DNA from: an uncultured Clostridiaceae bacterium
Lineage (GTDB): Bacteria; Bacillota; Clostridia; DUPQ01
NCBI GenBank assembly: GCA_964475455.1
Contig: CAYYXJ010000003.1
Coordinates: forward strand, 1-34,959
DNA length: 34,959 nt
Reading direction: 5' to 3'
Part shown: positions 32,308 to 34,959 of the stretch, in pieces
Layout of the letters: every line of letters starts with the position of its first letter
Position numbering within the stretch: the first letter of the stretch is position 1
Translations under genes and position numbers: made by a program
Notes under the pieces: generated by a model
Told to the model about the DNA's origin: nothing
What the model saw: only the letters and a program-made list of their open reading frames with translations
Database searches by the model: none

Positions 32308-34673
32308 GAGGGGTTGTGGGTAAGAAAACTGTCAGGGCATCTGTCAGGGAGATTGTTGAATTTAGTTTAAAAAAAGGCAGTCTTGAAAAAGGACGATCTG
32401 CCATAAGCGTTGAGGATGCTTTTGATGGAACCAGATGTCATGTTGAATTTCAGGAAAAAATGACAGGCAAATTCGGAGCAGATAAATTCAAGTCTGAAGT
32501 ATACCAAAAGTGTGAAATTGAAAATGATGAAATAAATCTCATTATTTCCGGTCGAATTGATGGTGTTCTGTATTCAGAAGAGTCAATTTATATTTATGAA
32601 ATTAAATCTGTAGCCAGGGAGATTGAAACAATTGCTGAGTCTGAATTTCCTGTTCATTGGGCGCAGGCAGAATGCTATGCATGGATGCTTCTTGATAATA
32701 CTGATAAAAATGAGATTTATATCCGTCTGGTCTATATTAATCGTGACAGCCGGGAAAGCAAACAATTCGAAAGGGTGTATTCAGGAAAAGAAATCGATGC
32801 TGCTTTTAAAAAAATGGTAAGCCCTTACATTGAATGGATGGCAGGTATCAGAAAGTGGGAAGTCCTTAGGAATGAAAGCATAAAAGCCATGGAATTTCCT
32901 TTCTCGTATTACCGGCTTGGACAACGGGAAATGGCTGAAAAAACATATATATCTATAAAAGATAAAACCCGGCTTTTTGTGCAGGCTCCTACGGGAATAG
33001 GTAAAACAATGGGAGCTGTATTCCCGGCAATAAAGGCATTGGGTGAAGGCTTGGTTGATCGTATATTCTATCTTACAGCCAAGAATGTAACTTCTTTGAT
33101 AGCTGTGGAAAACTACAAAAGGCTTGCTGAAAACGGATTGAATCTAAGGACTGCTGTAATAACTGCAAAGGACAAGGTTTGCCCTCTGGAAAAAAGAAAC
33201 TGTGACCCTGAATTCTGCGAAAGAGCAAAGGATTATTATGATCGTTCTCCTGCAGCACTGAAGGAACTTCTGACGAACCAATTCATGGATAGGAATGTTG
33301 TTGGTAAGTATGCAGATAAATATAATATTTGCCCGTTTGAACTCTCCCTGGATGCTTCTCAATACAGTGATTTGGTTATTGGTGATTACAACTATTTGTT
33401 TGATCCAAGGGTGAGATTGATCAGGTTCTTTGAAGATGTTGGGGAAGACTATTGTTTCCTAATTGATGAAGCCCACAATCTTGTGGAACGTTCCAGGGAG
33501 ATGTTTTCAAGCTTGATTGAAAAAAAGAAAGTGCTTGAATTAAAGCGGGAAACCAAGCCTGCATGGGATGACTTAAAAGAAAGACTTGAAACGGTCAATA
33601 AACAGATGTTGACATTGAAAAAGGATATTTTCAATGATTACAAGGAGGAAAATTATGCTGCCATGCATGAAATTCCGGGCAACCTTGTATCTGCAGTCAG
33701 AAGATGTACGGTTCTTATGGAATTTTATCTGGATAATGATATGGATGAAGAATACAAGGAAAAATATATGGAGCTTTACTTCGATTTCATGTTCTTTTCG
33801 AAGATTTCAGAGCTATATGATGATTGTTATGCTACTTTTTATGAAGCAAGCGGAAGCAATCTTAGAGTAAAACTCATGTGCCTTGATCCCTCCAAACTAC
33901 TTTCAAGGGTTATGGATAAAGGTCGTAGCTCAATACTTTTCAGCGCAACACTTCAACCTCAGGATTATTATAAGAACATATTGGGCGGACGGAGGAACGA
34001 CAGATCTATAAGCCTTCCATCTCCTTTTCCCGTAGAAAATCTCAGCATTGTGATAGAAGGACGAATCAGTACAAAGTACAGGGAAAGACACAATTCGTAT
34101 TATAATGTAGCAAAATTGCTAAGAGATGCCTTTGGTAAAAGAACAGGAAATTATATAGCATTTTTCCCTTCCTACAGATACATGCAGGATGTTTTGCATA
34201 TATATGAAGAATTTTCCCTGGATAATGAGATAATTGTACAAAAACCCGGAATGAACGATACTGAGAGAGAAATTTTCCTGGAAAAATTTGAAAACCACGG
34301 TTCCTGTACTCTGGTAGCCTTTGCTGTCATGGGTGGGATTTTCGGAGAGGGCATTGACCTTGCGGGAGAAAGACTTTCGGGGGTTGTTATCATTGGAACA
34401 GGACTGCCCACTGTTTGTCCTGAACGTGAACTCATAATGAACCATTACAATGAAAAAAACGGTTCTGGGTTTGACTATGCCTACACATTTCCCGGTCTCA
34501 ACCGTGTCCTTCAGGCTGCAGGAAGGGTAATAAGAAGTGAATATGACAAAGGTTTTGTCATTTTGATTGATAAAAGATTCATAAGTTACAAATACAGGGA
34601 TTTATACCCGGAGTGGTGGGTTCCGGAATATATAACTTCATCTGATGAGGATATTACTGATTACATAGTGTGA
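32301..34673 (+). CDS. PD-(D/E)xK nuclease domain fused to an FeS-cluster XPD/Rad3/DinG-family SF2 DNA helicase
   Basis: The N-terminal nuclease motifs are GRID87GV, IYE100IK102S and Q122AECY126. The helicase has Walker A QAPTGIGKT, a four-Cys cluster C-x6-C-x4-C-x37-C, DEAH (LIDEAHNL) and C-terminal motifs SATL and QAAGRVIRS. The start is ambiguous: either ATG 32301, with no SD and lying inside the LexA box, or in-frame GTG 32316, 4 nt after GGAGG. Confidence 0.85.
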   Translation: MFGGVVGKKTVRASVREIVEFSLKKGSLEKGRSAISVEDAFDGTRCHVEFQEKMTGKFGADKFKSEVYQKCEIENDEINLIISGRIDGVLYSEESIYIYEIKSVAREIETIAESEFPVHWAQAECYAWMLLDNTDKNEIYIRLVYINRDSRESKQFERVYSGKEIDAAFKKMVSPYIEWMAGIRKWEVLRNESIKAMEFPFSYYRLGQREMAEKTYISIKDKTRLFVQAPTGIGKTMGAVFPAIKALGEGLVDRIFYLTAKNVTSLIAVENYKRLAENGLNLRTAVITAKDKVCPLEKRNCDPEFCERAKDYYDRSPAALKELLTNQFMDRNVVGKYADKYNICPFELSLDASQYSDLVIGDYNYLFDPRVRLIRFFEDVGEDYCFLIDEAHNLVERSREMFSSLIEKKKVLELKRETKPAWDDLKERLETVNKQMLTLKKDIFNDYKEENYAAMHEIPGNLVSAVRRCTVLMEFYLDNDMDEEYKEKYMELYFDFMFFSKISELYDDCYATFYEASGSNLRVKLMCLDPSKLLSRVMDKGRSSILFSATLQPQDYYKNILGGRRNDRSISLPSPFPVENLSIVIEGRISTKYRERHNSYYNVAKLLRDAFGKRTGNYIAFFPSYRYMQDVLHIYEEFSLDNEIIVQKPGMNDTEREIFLEKFENHGSCTLVAFAVMGGIFGEGIDLAGERLSGVVIIGTGLPTVCPERELIMNHYNEKNGSGFDYAYTFPGLNRVLQAAGRVIRSEYDKGFVILIDKRFISYKYRDLYPEWWVPEYITSSDEDITDYIV

Positions 34674-34707
34674 AATTCCCATGGAGCCATTATGATATAA
34701 TTCAATC

Positions 34708-34959
34708 ATGGATTTAGTGACTGTCAGGCAGATGCAATCTGCTGATTCATATGCAATCAATACTGTAGGGATACCTGAAGAGGTATTGATGGATAATGCA
34801 GCAAAAGCCCTGGTCAAGGGAGTTTTATCCAACACAGATGTATACGGCTGTAAAATTGCAGTGTTCTGCGGCCCGGGAAACAATGGCGGAGACGGATGGG
34901 CAGCTGCAATCAGATTTTCTGAACTTGGAGCCGCTGTAACAATTTATGCAAAGGAAACT
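34708..34959 (+). CDS. nnr: NAD(P)H-hydrate epimerase / ADP-dependent dehydratase (YjeF family), N-terminal part; the gene continues beyond the window end
   Basis: Absent from the ORF track because it is truncated. My translation from ATG 34708 gives MDLVTVRQMQSADSYAINTVGIPEEVLMDNAAKAL...IAVFCGPGNNGGDGWAAA..., the YjeF N-terminal signature, open to the window end. Confidence 0.85.
   Translation, partial: MDLVTVRQMQSADSYAINTVGIPEEVLMDNAAKALVKGVLSNTDVYGCKIAVFCGPGNNGGDGWAAAIRFSELGAAVTIYAKET

Overview
This window reads as a core chromosomal segment of a low-GC Firmicute. Gene content and synteny look Clostridia-like: gatCAB, pta-ackA, yceD-rpmF, der-plsY, mrnC-rlmB, a two-subunit transketolase, tatD..yabE-ksgA and a GTP-type PEP carboxykinase. 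About 40 genes are present and nearly all lie on the + strand. The exception is a divergent marR plus two-gene ABC exporter operon at the left edge, which runs off the window. A tRNA-Val(TAC)/tRNA-Thr(TGT) pair sits at 3417-3573. I found no CRISPR array, transposase, integrase, prophage genes or rRNA. Most of the window is ordinary housekeeping DNA, and I do not see a convincing novel multi-gene system. The most unusual locus is at 31998-34673. It holds a spacer-less array of nine 27/28-bp tandem repeats whose junctions form phased 18-bp palindromes. Directly downstream lie a sigma-A-like promoter, a near-consensus LexA (Cheo/SOS) box, and a 790-aa protein that fuses a PD-(D/E)xK nuclease domain to an FeS XPD/DinG-type helicase. 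The second notable point is that gatA is split by a frameshift, which loss of one copy of a 10-nt tandem duplication (AGACTGTAGA) would explain exactly. Lesser curiosities are two orphan URO-D-family proteins, a tandem pair of membrane-anchored TPR paralogs, a 410-bp feature-poor gap after the tRNAs, and a terminator-like hairpin in the pck leader. All coordinates, motifs and counts were read by eye from the sequence. Family assignments rest on remembered motifs, not on database searches.
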